Assembly: GCA_032718475.1 (NCBI GenBank)
Contig: JAUCBJ010003131.1
Location: forward strand, 26,846-90,845
Source: Nemertoderma westbladi
Taxonomy: Eukaryota > Animalia > Xenacoelomorpha
Direction: 5' to 3'
DNA length: 64,000 nt
Shown here: piece by piece, positions 33,424-45,778 of the stretch
Position numbering within the stretch: position 1 is the first letter of the stretch
Layout: every line of letters begins with the position of its first letter
Notes under the pieces: generated by a model
Told to the model about the DNA's origin: nothing
The model's input: only the letters and a program-made list of their open reading frames with translations
Databases searched by the model: none
Translations under genes and position numbers: made by a program

Positions 33424-36400
33424 ACGGAATGAATGCTAGAGGTCTCGCTACGCGGACCTACTAACGGAGTAAATACTAGAGGTCTCGCTATGCGGACCTA
33501 CTAACGGAGTGAATACTAGAGGTCTCGCTACGCGGACCTACTAACGGAGTGAATACTAGAGGTCTCGCTACGCGGACCTACTAACGGAGTTAATACTAGA
33601 GGTCTCGCTACGCGGACCTACTAACGGAGTTAATACTAGAGGTCTCGCTACGCGGACCTACTAACGGAGTGAATACTAGAGGTCTCGCTACGCGGACCTA
33701 CTAACGGAGTGAATACTAGAGGTCTCGCTACGCGGACCTACTAACGGAGTGATTACTAGAGGTCTCGCTACGCGGACCTACTAACGGAGTGATTACTAGA
33801 GGTCTCGCTACGCGGACCTACTAACGGAGTGAATACTTTTTTTTTTTTTAAGTTACTAGTTTATTATATAATTTGCACAATATCAGCATAACTCTTTTAC
33901 AGGCACTTTATTAATAGAACAAAATGAATAATTCCTACACCGATACCGATAATAAAAAAAATAATAAATAAAGAAAGAAGGGCCTGTTTAGAGGCCTATG
34001 ACTACCACTGACAGTCAGTCTAGCCGGTGTTGGTATCAGCGTTAGTCAGGCGAATCGAGTCTGCGGACACCTGATGATAAACAGGGCGTTTGGTGGCGGA
34101 TCTCGCTCCACGGAGACACATCAAACTGGAGCGGAGAAGCGCGAAGCTTATCTTCCTCCGCGTCCAGCAGATACACTCAGAGTAGCTGAGGTCGCGACGA
34201 TCCGAGAGTTTAAGCGATAAACGCTTAACGAACTGTTGCATCGCTGGCGCAGTACCACCAAAGGCTGAAAGTATCAGAGGCACAAACGACGACAGTTCGA
34301 CCTCTCGGATGCGCTCCTCGTACTTCAGGCGTTTCCGCGCCTCGTGGTGGGAATAAGCGCCCTCGGTGGTCATGGCTGCGTTGGTGGCCGCTAGAGGGTT
34401 GTAGACCGAGACGTCGAAGTAAGTCTTCTCGAACCGGCCACCCCAGAACCCGCTGACAGAGACGTCCAACCTCGCCTGATCTTCTGTGGAGGTGGATCTG
34501 TGGGTGAACTCCTCACCTGTTAGAGGCTGGAGTGTTGGCTCTACTGCGACGTTGTGGGCTACTTCAGTTAGCGCGTCGGCAACGAAATCGCGTATCTCGT
34601 TGTGCCTTATCGAGGGATAACCCCCGGTGGGGCACGACAGGACGTGTGAAGGGGAAAATCGTTCCCCACAGACACAACGAGAAGGGAGCGACTTCGGTTG
34701 CCAGCCGTAGCGCAGACACAGAGCGTCGCGGAACTCTTCCTTAGACAGGTGAGTTTTGTGAAGGGTGACCGGTTTTGAGTTCAACCAAGCTGAAGCCCCC
34801 TTCTCCGACACCAGCTCCCTCAGATTCTGTTGGGACTCCGATAGCCGACCATGACATTCTGTTGTTTTGGTGAATACTAGAGGTCTCGCTACGCGGACCT
34901 ACTAACGGAGTGAATACTAGAGGTCTCGCTACGCGGACCTACTAACGGAGTGATTACTAGAGGTCTCGCTACGCGGACCTACTAACGGAGTGAATACTAG
35001 AGGTCTCGCTACGCGGACCTACTAACGGAGTGAATACTAGAGGTCTCGCTACGCGGACCTACTAACGGAGTGAATACTAGAGGTCTCGCTACGCGGACCT
35101 ACTAACAGAGTGAATACTAGAGGTCTCGCTACACGGACCTACTAACGGAGTGAATACTAGAGGTCTCGCTACGCGGACCTACTAACGGAGTGAATACTAG
35201 AGGTCTCGCTACGCGGACCTACTAACGGAGTGAATACTAGAGGTCTCGCTACGCGGACCTACTAACGGAGTGAATACTAGAGGTCTCGCTACGCGGACCT
35301 ACTAACGGAGTGAATACTAGAGGTCTCGCTACGCGGACCTACTAACGGAGTGAATACTAGAGGTCTCGCTACGTGGACCTACTAACGGAGTGAATACTAG
35401 AGGTCTCGCTACGCGGACCTACTAACGGAGTGAATACTAGAGGTCTCGCTACGCGGACCTACTAACGGAGTGAATACTAGAGGTCTCGCTACGCGGACCT
35501 ACTAACGGAGTGAATACTAGAGGTCTCGCTACGCGGACCTACTAACGGAGTGAATACTAGAGGTCTCGCTACGCGGACCTACTAACGGAGTGAATACTAG
35601 AGGTCTCGCTACGCGGACCTACTAACGGAGTGAATACTAGAGGTCTCGCTACGCGGACCTACTAACGGAGTGAATACTAGAGGTCTCGCTACGCGGACCT
35701 ACTAACGGAGTGAATACTAGAGGTCTCGCTACGCGGACCTACTAACGGAGTGAATACTAGAGGTCTCGCTACGCGGACCTACTAACGGAGTGAATACTAG
35801 AGGTCTCGCTACGTGGACCTACTAACGGAGTGAATACTAGAGGTCTCGCTACGCGGACCTACTAACGGAGTGAATACTAGAGGTCTCGCTACGCGGACCT
35901 ACTAACGGAGTGAATACTAGAGGTCTCGCTACGCGGACCTACTAACGGAGTGAATACTAGAGGTCTCGCTACGCGGACCTACTAACGGAGTCAAAGTCAC
36001 CTTTAGGTCTCGCTACGCGGACCTACTAACGGAGTGAATACTAGAGTTCTCGCTACGCGGACCTACTAACGGAGTGAATACTAGAGGTCTCGCTACGCGG
36101 ACCTACTAACGGAGTGAATACTAGAGGTCTCGCTACACGGACCTACTAACGGAGTGAATACTAGTGGTCTCGCTACGCGAACCTACTAACGGAGTGAATA
36201 CTAGAGGTCTCGTTACGTGGACCTACTAACGGAGTGAATACTAGAGCTCTCGCTACACGGACCTACTAACAGAGTGAATACTAGAAGTCTCGCTACACGG
36301 ACCTACTAACGGAGTGAATACTAGAGGTCTCGCTACACAGACCTACTAACGGAGTGAATACTAGAGGTCTCGCTACGGGGACCTAAAAACGGAGTGAATA

Positions 36401-36465
36401 CTAGAGGTCTCGCTACGCGGACCTACTAACGGAGTGAATACTAGAGGTCTCGCTACGCGGACCTA
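33424..36465. repeat. 40-bp minisatellite (~50 copies) interrupted by a LINE
   Basis: Unit tactagaggtctcgctacgcggacctactaacggagtgaa; preceded by an (aacaacacc)n microsatellite. Confidence 0.97.
33837..34869 (-). mobile_element. 5'-truncated RLE-type (CRE-like) non-LTR retrotransposon, second family
   Basis: ORF 34020-34811: CVCG..HVLSC, RHNEIRD, ARLDVS, FDVSV, KRLKY (CCHC + RLE). Poly(A) tail seen as a T-run at 33837-33849. TSD gtgaatac at 33829-33836 and 34870-34877. Confidence 0.88.
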
Positions 36466-37080
36466 ATAAGTTGCGTCTCTCATTTTTTCTCTGTACACTT
36501 TTTTCTGGCTTGTTGCTACCCAAATTAACCAATCACAGGCCTCTTGCCGGATATAACACATGAGTCGTATGCTAAAGATGGAACATGGGACATAATCACT
36601 TTCGACTCATGAGTCGTAATAAACGACTTATGACATACCACTGGATACGCTACCATTGAACCAATGTGTTCCATAATTTATTTCGACTTATGACATACGA
36701 ATTACGATTTACCAGTGGAGCACGAGCCTTAACAGTTTTACCGAGCATATTTCCAATTCAACTGAATTTCGATAAGAAAACATTAGATACCATGTTTGTG
36801 TGTCGGTAGGCCTATAGATCTGATTGTTCTACAATATTCCTAGCTCTCGTTTATTGCTTTGGATCCTTTTAATTCGCCTCATTAATCTGCTTAGTTTTAA
36901 TTAGATTAGATTGCTTAGATTAATCTGCATTAATCCGCTTGAGGCGTAGGTGGTGCAAGTGTCTGTGTTGGCATATGGCTGGATGTAGGTGTACCGCTTT
37001 CAACCACCACCCCCCCCCCCCCCCCCCCACCTGAATACTTTATTAGTCACTTAATAATAAAAACACTCTAAATCTGTATT

Positions 37081-37185
37081 AGCAAGCAAGAAGTCGGCCG
37101 AAGCTGGGGCAAACATAAAGGCTCCTCTTACCATAGCTCCTACCCGAGAAGGTGGCTCCAAGTAATTCAACTGATCCTCATTTAC
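37081..37185 (-). mobile_element. Degenerate 3' part of SINE family A
   Basis: agtcggccgaag..aaggctcctct..atagct..tacccgag..agtaatt.aactg..ctcattt aligns by eye with 21651-21770. Confidence 0.6.
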
Positions 37186-38664
37186 TCTATACTTGTATAT
37201 ATATATATATTAACGTTCATGTAGATCCATGTTTATTTGTTATTAATTTATATCAAAACCAAAAAAGACATTCAACGAAATTAAGAAAAAGTTTAGCAAT
37301 TCCGAATGCAACTTGATTACCAGTGATTTGATTTACAAATACGAGCTAATTAATGGGAGAATCTTTTAGGCTCGTTAAGCCTAGGAATGCCAAGGAAATA
37401 TGAGGTAATAATGTTTGTCCAACAGTAATATCCGGTACGCATCAGGTGTTCCCTGTGTGATATCCCCGTGGGCGTCAGATTCCCCATGGAGTGAGTTAGA
37501 AGATACTGAATGTCATTAAATCGCTAATTAATCATTTAGAATTCAGTAAATGAAGTAGTTACGTCAACACCGCCCACACATGCATCCTGCCATGTTACCC
37601 ACAATATTCATGAAAACTTGATCCACGTGGAACATAATGCGGACATTAAGTAACTTACAGTGAATAACATGTCGAACAACATTTATTAACAACAGCTGCG
37701 CCCTGCCCCTCTCAACGAAAAACTTAGGATTTAAATTACCTACAGTAAGTAATTAATTGGCTCTGCTAACCTCCACACTTTTTTCTCAATTTATTTGATA
37801 TGAAAGAATCTCACATTTTGGGGAATGGAATAATCTCACATGTATAAGGAAATGAAAAAACTCCACATTTAGGGAAAAGAAAAAATCTCACATTTAGGGA
37901 AATTCTCACAACTCGTAGTTAATTCCACTATCGGACCTACTGAACTACTTCCACAACAGATTGTATTATATTGCTGCAGATCTCTACGATCAACATTGTA
38001 TTCCAGAGCCATTGAACGGCATATTAGATGATTTGTTCACGAGTCATACTCTTCGTGAAAAGGATGTTAATTCACTGAGAATCTTTCCGTATCCCGACTT
38101 CCAAAAAATGACTTTGGACTTTTTCCAAAAAGTACGAGTCCTACATTATTTTTTAGAGATAAAGATACGCCTCAGGCGAGGCAAATTATAATATAACTAC
38201 GGTGAAATACACAGTATAGCACTGATTAAGATAAGGAGCACAATTATTATAATTATTTATTATAAATTAATTAATTTTTCTTCTTCTCTAATTTTTCTTC
38301 TTAATTAATTTATCTTTCTTTTGACTGTCACTTGAGGGAAGTACTGACAGAGGCGGGCAAGCGTCACCGTTTAAAAGGTTCACAGTATCGGTTGATCGCG
38401 GAACGTCTACAGAAGCGACAAATACATTCGGATGAGAAATCGTGGAAAGGTGAGTTATCGCAGCAGAGTTTGTGGTGAAAGCCGTGAACAGTCGTTCTCG
38501 TGATGATGTGACGGTTGCGTTGGTTCGAGGACTTCCAGAGTGTTGATCGGAACCTCGGGCCAGTTTGATAGTTGTCACTATGGAACTTGTTTTCTCTGTC
38601 TAATATGTAGAGTCCTACTATATTGTCTTCACTGGGATCTAAGATGTACTAGAAATGAAAGACT

Positions 38665-41600
38665 CTGTCCACAATCATAATCCTACCTATCTGTCCACAA
38701 TCATAATCCTACCTATCTGTCCACAGTGTATCATAATCCTACCTATATGTCCACAGTGTATCATAATCCTACCTATATGTCCACAGTGTATCATAATCCT
38801 ACCTATATGTCCACAGTGTATCATAATCCTACCTATCTGTCCACAATCATAATCCTACCTATCTGTCCACAGTGTATCATAATCCTACCTATATGTCCAC
38901 AGTGTATCATAATCCTACCTATATGTCCACAGTGTATCATAATCCTACCTATATGTCCACAGTGTATCATAATCCTACCTATCTGTCCACAATCATAATC
39001 CTACCTATCTGTCCACAGTGTATCATAATCCTACCTATATGTCCACAGTGTATCATAATCCTACCTATATGTCCACAGTGTATCATAATCCTACCTATCT
39101 GTCCACAATCATAATCCTACCTATATGTCCACAGTGTATCATAATCCTACCTATCTGTCTACAGTGTATCATAATCCTACCTATATGTCCACAGTGTATC
39201 ATAATCCTACCTATATGTCCACAGTGTATCATAATCCTACCTATCTGTCCACAATCATAATCCTACCTATATGTCCACAGTGTATCATAATCCTACCTAT
39301 CTGTCCACAATCATAATCCTACCTATCTGTCCACAATCATAATCCTACCTATCTGTCCACAGAGTATCATAATCCTACCTATATGTCCACAATCATAATC
39401 CTACCTATCTGTCCACAGAGTATCATAATCCTACCTATCTGTCCACAGTATATCATAATCCTACCTATCTGTCCACAATCATAATCCTACCTATATGTCC
39501 ACAGTGTATCATAATCCTACCTATCTGTCCACAGTGTATCATAATCCTACCTATCTGTCCACAGTGTATCATAATCCTACCTATCTGTCCACAATCATAA
39601 TCCTACCTATATGTCCACAGTGTATCATAATCCTACCTATCTGTCCACAGTGTATCATAATCCTACCTATCTGTCCACAGAGTATCATAATCCTACCTAT
39701 CTGTCCACAGTGTATCATAATCCTACCTATCTGTCCACAGTGTATCATAATCCTACCTATCTGTCCACAGAGTATCATAATCCTACCTATCTGTCCACAG
39801 TGTATCATAATCCTACCTATCTGTCCACAGTGTATCATAATCCTACCTATCTGTCCACAATCATAATCCTACCTATCTGTCCACAGAGTATCATAATCCT
39901 ACCTATCTGTCCACAATCATAATCCTACCTATATGTCCACAGTGTATCATAATCCTACCTATCTGTCCACAATCATAATCCTACCTATATGTCCACAGTG
40001 TATCATAATCCTACCTATCTGTCCACAATCATAATCCTACCTATCTGTCCACAGAGTATCATAATCCTACCTATCTGTCCACAATCATAATCCTACCTAT
40101 CTGTCCACAGAGTATCATAATCCTACCTATCTGTCCACAATCATAATCCTACCTATATGTCCACAGTGTATCATAATCCTACCTATCTGTCCACAATCAT
40201 AATCCTACCTATCTGTCCACAGAGTATCATAATCCTACCTGTCTGTCCACAGTGTATCATAATCCTACCTATATGTCCACAATCATAATCCTACCTATCT
40301 GTCCACAGAGTATCATAATCCTACCTGTCTGTCCACAGTGTATCATAATCCTACCTATATGTCCACAATCATAATCCTACCTATCTGTCCACAATCATAA
40401 TCCTACCTATCTGTCCACAGAGTATCATAATCCTACCTGTCTGTCCACAGTGTATCATAATCCTACCTATATGTCCACAATCATAATCCTACCTATCTGT
40501 CCACAGAGTATCATAATCCTACCTATCTGTCCACAATCATAATCCTACCTATCTGTCCACAGAGTATCATAATCCTACCTATCTGTCCACAGAGTATCAT
40601 AATCCTACCTATCTGTCCACAGTGTATCATAATCCTACCTATATGTCCACAATCATAATCCTACCTATCTGTCCACAGAGTATCATAATCCTACATGTCT
40701 GTCCACAGTGTATCATACTCCTACCTATATGTCCACAATCATAATCCTACCTGTCTGTCCACAGTGTATCATAATCCTACCTATATGTCCACAATCATAA
40801 TCCTACCTATCTGTCCACAGAGTATCATAATCCTACCTGTCTGTCCACAGTGTATCATAATCCTACCTATATGTCCACAATCATAATCCTACCTATCTGT
40901 CCACAATCATAATCCTACCTATCTGTCCACAGAGTATCATAATCCTACCTATCTGTCCACAGTGTATCATAATCCTACCTATATGTCCACAATCATAATC
41001 CTACCTATCTGTCCACAGAGTATCATAATCCTACCTATCTGTCCACAATCATAATCCTACCTATATGTCCACAGTGTATCATAATCCTACATATCTGTCC
41101 ACAATCATAATCCTACCTATCTGTCCACAGAGTATCATAATCCTACCTATCTGTCCACAATCATAATCCTACCTATCTGTCCACAGAGTATCATAATCCT
41201 ACCTATCTGTCCACAGAGTATCATAATCCTACCTATCTGTCCACAATCATAATCCTACCTATCTGTCCACAGAGTATCATAATCCTACCTATCTGTCCAC
41301 AGAGTATCATAATCCTACCTATCTGTCCACAATCATAATCCTACCTATATGTCCACAGTGTATCATAATCCTACCTATCTGTCCACAGTGTATCATAATC
41401 CTACCTATCTGTCCACAGAGTATCATAATCCTACCTGTCTGTCCACAGTGTATCATAATCCTACCTATATATCCACAATCATAATCCTACCTATCTGTCC
41501 ACAGAGTATCATAATCCTACCTATCTGTCCACAATCATAATCCTACCTATCTGTCCACAGAGTATCATAATCCTACCTATCTGTCCACAGAGTATCATAA

Positions 41601-42315
41601 TCCTACCTATCTGTCCACAGGTATCATAATCCTACCTATCTGTCCACAGAGTATCATAATCCTACCTATCTGCCCACAGTGTATCATAATCCTACCTATC
41701 TGTCCACAATCATAATCCTGCCTATCTGTCCACAGAGTATCATAATCCTACCTATCTGTCCACAATCATAATCCTACCTATCTGTCCACAATCATAATCC
41801 TACCTATCTGTCCACAGAGTATCATAATCCTACCTATCTGTCCACAATCATAATCCTGCCTATCTGTCCACAGAGTATCATAATCCTACCTATCTGTCCA
41901 CAATCATAATCCTACCTATCTGTCCACAATCATAATCCTACCTATCTGTCCACAGAGTATCATAATCCTACCTATCTGTCCACAATCATAATCCTACCTA
42001 TCTGTCCACAGAGTATCATAATCCTACCTATCTGTCCACAGAGTATCATAATCCTACCTATCTGCCCACAGTGTATCATAATCCTACCTATCTGTCCACA
42101 ATCATAATCCTACCTATCTGTCCACTATCATAATCCTACCTATCTGTCCACAGAGTATCATAATCCTACCTATGTGTCCACAGTGTATCATAATCCTACC
42201 TATCTGTCCACAATCATAATCCTACCTATATGTCCACAGTGTATCATAATCTTACCTATCTGTCCACAGAGTATCATAATCCTACCTAAATGTCCACAGT
42301 GTATCATAATCCTAT
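38665..42315. repeat. Minisatellite of interspersed 30-bp and 26-bp units (in intron 3 of the host gene)
   Basis: Units tcataatcctacctat(c/a)tgtccacag(t/a)gta and tcataatcctacctatctgtccacaa. Confidence 0.98.
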
Positions 42316-42369
42316 ATTTGTAATTTATCTCTCTACTTCCACATAATCACTGTAAAGAGTAAAACTTAC

Positions 42370-42549
42370 CGTACGCCTCAATGATGTAAGTAGCAAATCC
42401 AACCGCCCTGCAAGTTCAAGTAGATTTTCTCGTAAACCTAGGCGAATTAATGATTCAGCATCAAAACCCTCGATTAGATTAATAATCTTCATATATATGA
42501 CGATATCTCTGTACACGTATCGAATATACTGTCTCACAGCTAGTACTTT
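42370..42549 (-). CDS. Host gene, coding exon 3
   Basis: Acceptor cttgtattgcag, donor ACG|gtaagt; 180 nt, phase 0/0; KVLAVRQYIRYVYRDIVIYMKIINLIEGFDAESLIRLGLRENLLELAGRLDLLLTSLRRT. Confidence 0.8.
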
Positions 42550-43019
42550 CTGCAATACAAGTATAGAAATTGTAAATAAAACGTCTTGTTTAGTAAAATA
42601 GAATTATGAGAAAAAATAGAGGAACAATTGGGCAGAGATGGGCTGTATTGAACCGTTTCAGTTACTATCACGTTGACTTTCGTTTAGGTATAGACAGTTT
42701 GGAACCACTGTAATGGGATCCACAACTCTAATAATAAGGCTCTGGACATAATGACAATTTATCTCTCCAGAGGAAAATCGACGCAACTAACAGCTGATTG
42801 CTCTAACAAATCAATCTGTAACCTGTGTTATTAACTTTGTATATTGTTTTGGTTATAATAACGTGTCACTGTCACCTGCTCCTTTCCCTGAGATGTGATT
42901 TGCTTCCTATCACTCGGTCTTGATGCAATCTTTTATTTACTCTACCCAAAAAATTTATAAAAAAAAAATATATATATATATAAAAATATATTTAATTTAC
43001 CTATGGAAAAAATACAAAC

Positions 43020-43181
43020 CTGTGTATGAGAAATTCCAGTATCATTTAACAATGTGGCATTCATATTTGTCACATGAAGATGATCACCAGAATTGTCTGC
43101 GTGAAGAGAGTTTATTATTAAGTCCTCATCTAGAAACCTCTTACTATTCGCACCCGGAAATTGTAATTCATAATAATTTTC
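43020..43181 (-). CDS. Host gene, coding exon 2
   Basis: Acceptor atttttctgcag, donor CAG|gtttgt; 162 nt, phase 0/0; ENYYELQFPGANSKRFLDEDLIINSLHADNSGDHLHVTNMNATLLNDTGISHTQ. Confidence 0.78.
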
Positions 43182-43896
43182 CTGCAGAAAAATATTTAAA
43201 ATTATTTAGGAGCTAAAAATATTAAAGATTTGAAATCGAAGATCAAATTAAGCCTTTTTTATCATTTCAATATCTGAACATCGCATATCCAGGATTAAAC
43301 CTGGATTTTTTTTTACTTTACTTAACCTTCATTGTGTTCATTGTATTTTAGAATGCATATGCAGTATACATACAGGAACCAAGTGTCGCAAATGTGTCGT
43401 ACATCACAGCGACAATTAAAACGATTTTAATTTAAGCAAGATGGACGCTAATTTAGACAATGATGGACCTATCCTTTACCCGCTACATCGCCTAGCATAA
43501 GACGTATTTGTAAATCATTGCATATGCGTGATTAGACTGCCAGCAAACTAAATTATTAGCGTCGCATTTCCAAAATGTATTGTGTGACCGTTTTTTGTCA
43601 TGGCAGTGATTTTTTATATCCGTTTATTTGACTTTTTTTGTCCGCCTTTTTTTACGAATTGTGCATAATGACTTTTGTTGTCCCTTTAATGACTTTTGTT
43701 GTCCTTTAATGACTTTTTATGTATGTATTTCTTCAAACTGTCACCTGCTGATTTCTGAACTGTCAGACAGTTGATTTCAACATGCCTATGCCAAAACATT
43801 CAAAATTTGTTGATTTCTGGACTGTCAGACAGTTTAATTTACAATAATTGTGGCAAAACATTCAAAATTCCATGATTTATAGACTATGAGATGATT

Positions 43897-44360
43897 TAAC
43901 CAAAACAATAAACAGTCACTTTACTAAATGAAGGAAAGGAGCAGGTTACAGAGGCGGGCCTTTCTAACCAAAACAATAAACGGTCACTTTACCAAATCAG
44001 GGAAAGGAGCAGGTTAGAGAGGCGGAATTTTCTAACCAAAACAATAAACAGTCACTTTACCAAATGAAGGAAAGGAGCAGGTTACAGAGGCGGGCTTTCT
44101 AGGCAAAACAATAAGCGGTCACTTTACCAAATCAGGGAAATGAGCAGGTTACCGGGCGGGCTTTCTAACCGAAACAATAATAAACAATCACAATTACCAA
44201 TTGAGGGAAAGAAGCAGGTTACAGAAGCGGGTGTTTCTAACCAAAACAATAAACTATCACTTTAGCAATTGGGGAAAGGAGCAGGTTACAGAAACGGAAT
44301 TTTCTAACCAAAACATAAAACAATAAACGATACCAATTTACCAATTGAGGAAAAGGAGCA
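43897..44360. repeat. ~68-bp degenerate tandem repeat (~7 copies); related copies at ~56118-56310
   Basis: Unit aaccaaaacaataaac.gtcactttaccaaat..gg.aaaggagcaggttacagaggcggg..tttct. Confidence 0.85.
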
Positions 44361-45055
44361 TTTTATGGCGGCATTATTTGACATTATGTACAGTTGTATA
44401 TCCTTATTGGGACAACCTCTTTGCTTTTTAGCTAAACCGGCCCGATATTTTCGATATCAGTGTGTTTTCGCTATCAAATGAGGAATAAGTACTGTAGATT
44501 TTTCGAACACATTGTATGTGGACCGATCTGTTAGTTTAGAACTACATTATAGATTTAGAGGTACAACTACAGCTACCCATAACATTCAAGTTGTCATGAT
44601 CCATTTTAAATGCATTATCCAGATATGTATCAATTATCTAAAATTTATTAATTATTTAAAAGGTAGCGCGGTCAGCCGGTACTAAAATTCTGAAATAAGT
44701 TTATTAATTACCATCATTCTCTCATTTACAACTGTTTAGGCTACATATCAGAGTACCGGTATCAGTATCTATTGTACAGTAGCTGAGTAGATATATATTA
44801 TAACCTATTATAATGCTATATAATTCTTTCTAAGGCATAGGCTTTATACCTACATACAATTCAGCAATACTGCAAAATACTGCTAGGTAGATTTCTGGAG
44901 GACATTAAAAAAAAGAGGACATTATGAGTGATTTAAACGCACAAGAAAAATTATTGCGTTTTGTCATTATAATTAATAACCGGTATATATACCCTATTAC
45001 CAATCAATAGTCAATAGTCATTCGCTACAGTTACAGAAATGTTTCCAAGACTTAC

Positions 45056-45214
45056 CAAGTCTTCAACTATTGGTTTCAAAAATCTGCGCAGATCGGAGGA
45101 TTGCGCCTCTATTAGAGCGAATTCTCTTGACAACCCGCTGATATTAGGAAATGTAACTGATTGGGCCATGCAGGCACCCAGACAGAAGATGCAGACAATG
45201 TACATAGAAGTCAT
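45056..45214 (-). CDS. Host gene, coding exon 1 (signal peptide and first helix); the exon begins at 45234
   Basis: Acceptor tttacag at 45235, ATG at 45214, donor TTG|gtaagt. Reads MTSMYIVCIFCLGACMAQSVTFPNISGLSREFALIEAQSSDLRRFLKPIVEDL, with a hydrophobic N-terminus and a plausible CMA|QS cleavage. Confidence 0.8.
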
Positions 45215-45778
45215 TGCCACAACAGAGAGTCTACCTGTAAATAGTTATTATAAATATAGGAGAATTTAAAACCAAATTACAAATAAAAATATATTTTAAA
45301 AATATTCAGGGACAAGGTCCAAGAACGCATAAGTTAAACCTAATAATCTACAATGGTGAAAAAATGCTATCAAACAATTTATTATTTTTATTTTATTTCT
45401 ATGAACATGTCTCGTCATACAGGGAACTCAATCTACACTAATAAATAGGCGGACAAATGTAATAAATTGCTGCTACTGCACTGATATAGTTGATATAACG
45501 GTTGAGAATTACTCACTAACACTTCAATAACTGTCATTTAACCCTATAAGTTGGCAATAAAATGCCCCATTATAATTTGCTTCTCAGATTAAACAAAATT
45601 TAATATAATAATATGGAGCACAATTGTGATTCTAGCACCAGTAACTGCGGGATGGAGTGGATTAATGGAGTGGAGAAATGTAAACCAATTAAGCAATATG
45701 GATTGATAATAAACTCTAATTCACATACCGAGTCCCGCTTTACATTCCAATCGTGATAGGCCAGATCCTTTTATTAAA

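Noticed and set aside
38655-41540. IIILPICPQC / STVYHNPTY repeat proteins
   Set aside because: Products of the 30/26-bp intronic minisatellite, with constant frame shifts.
45011-45220. 69-aa single-exon secreted peptide as given in the ORF track
   Set aside because: A consensus gtaagt donor at 45055 and in-phase downstream exons explain it better as one exon of a spliced gene.
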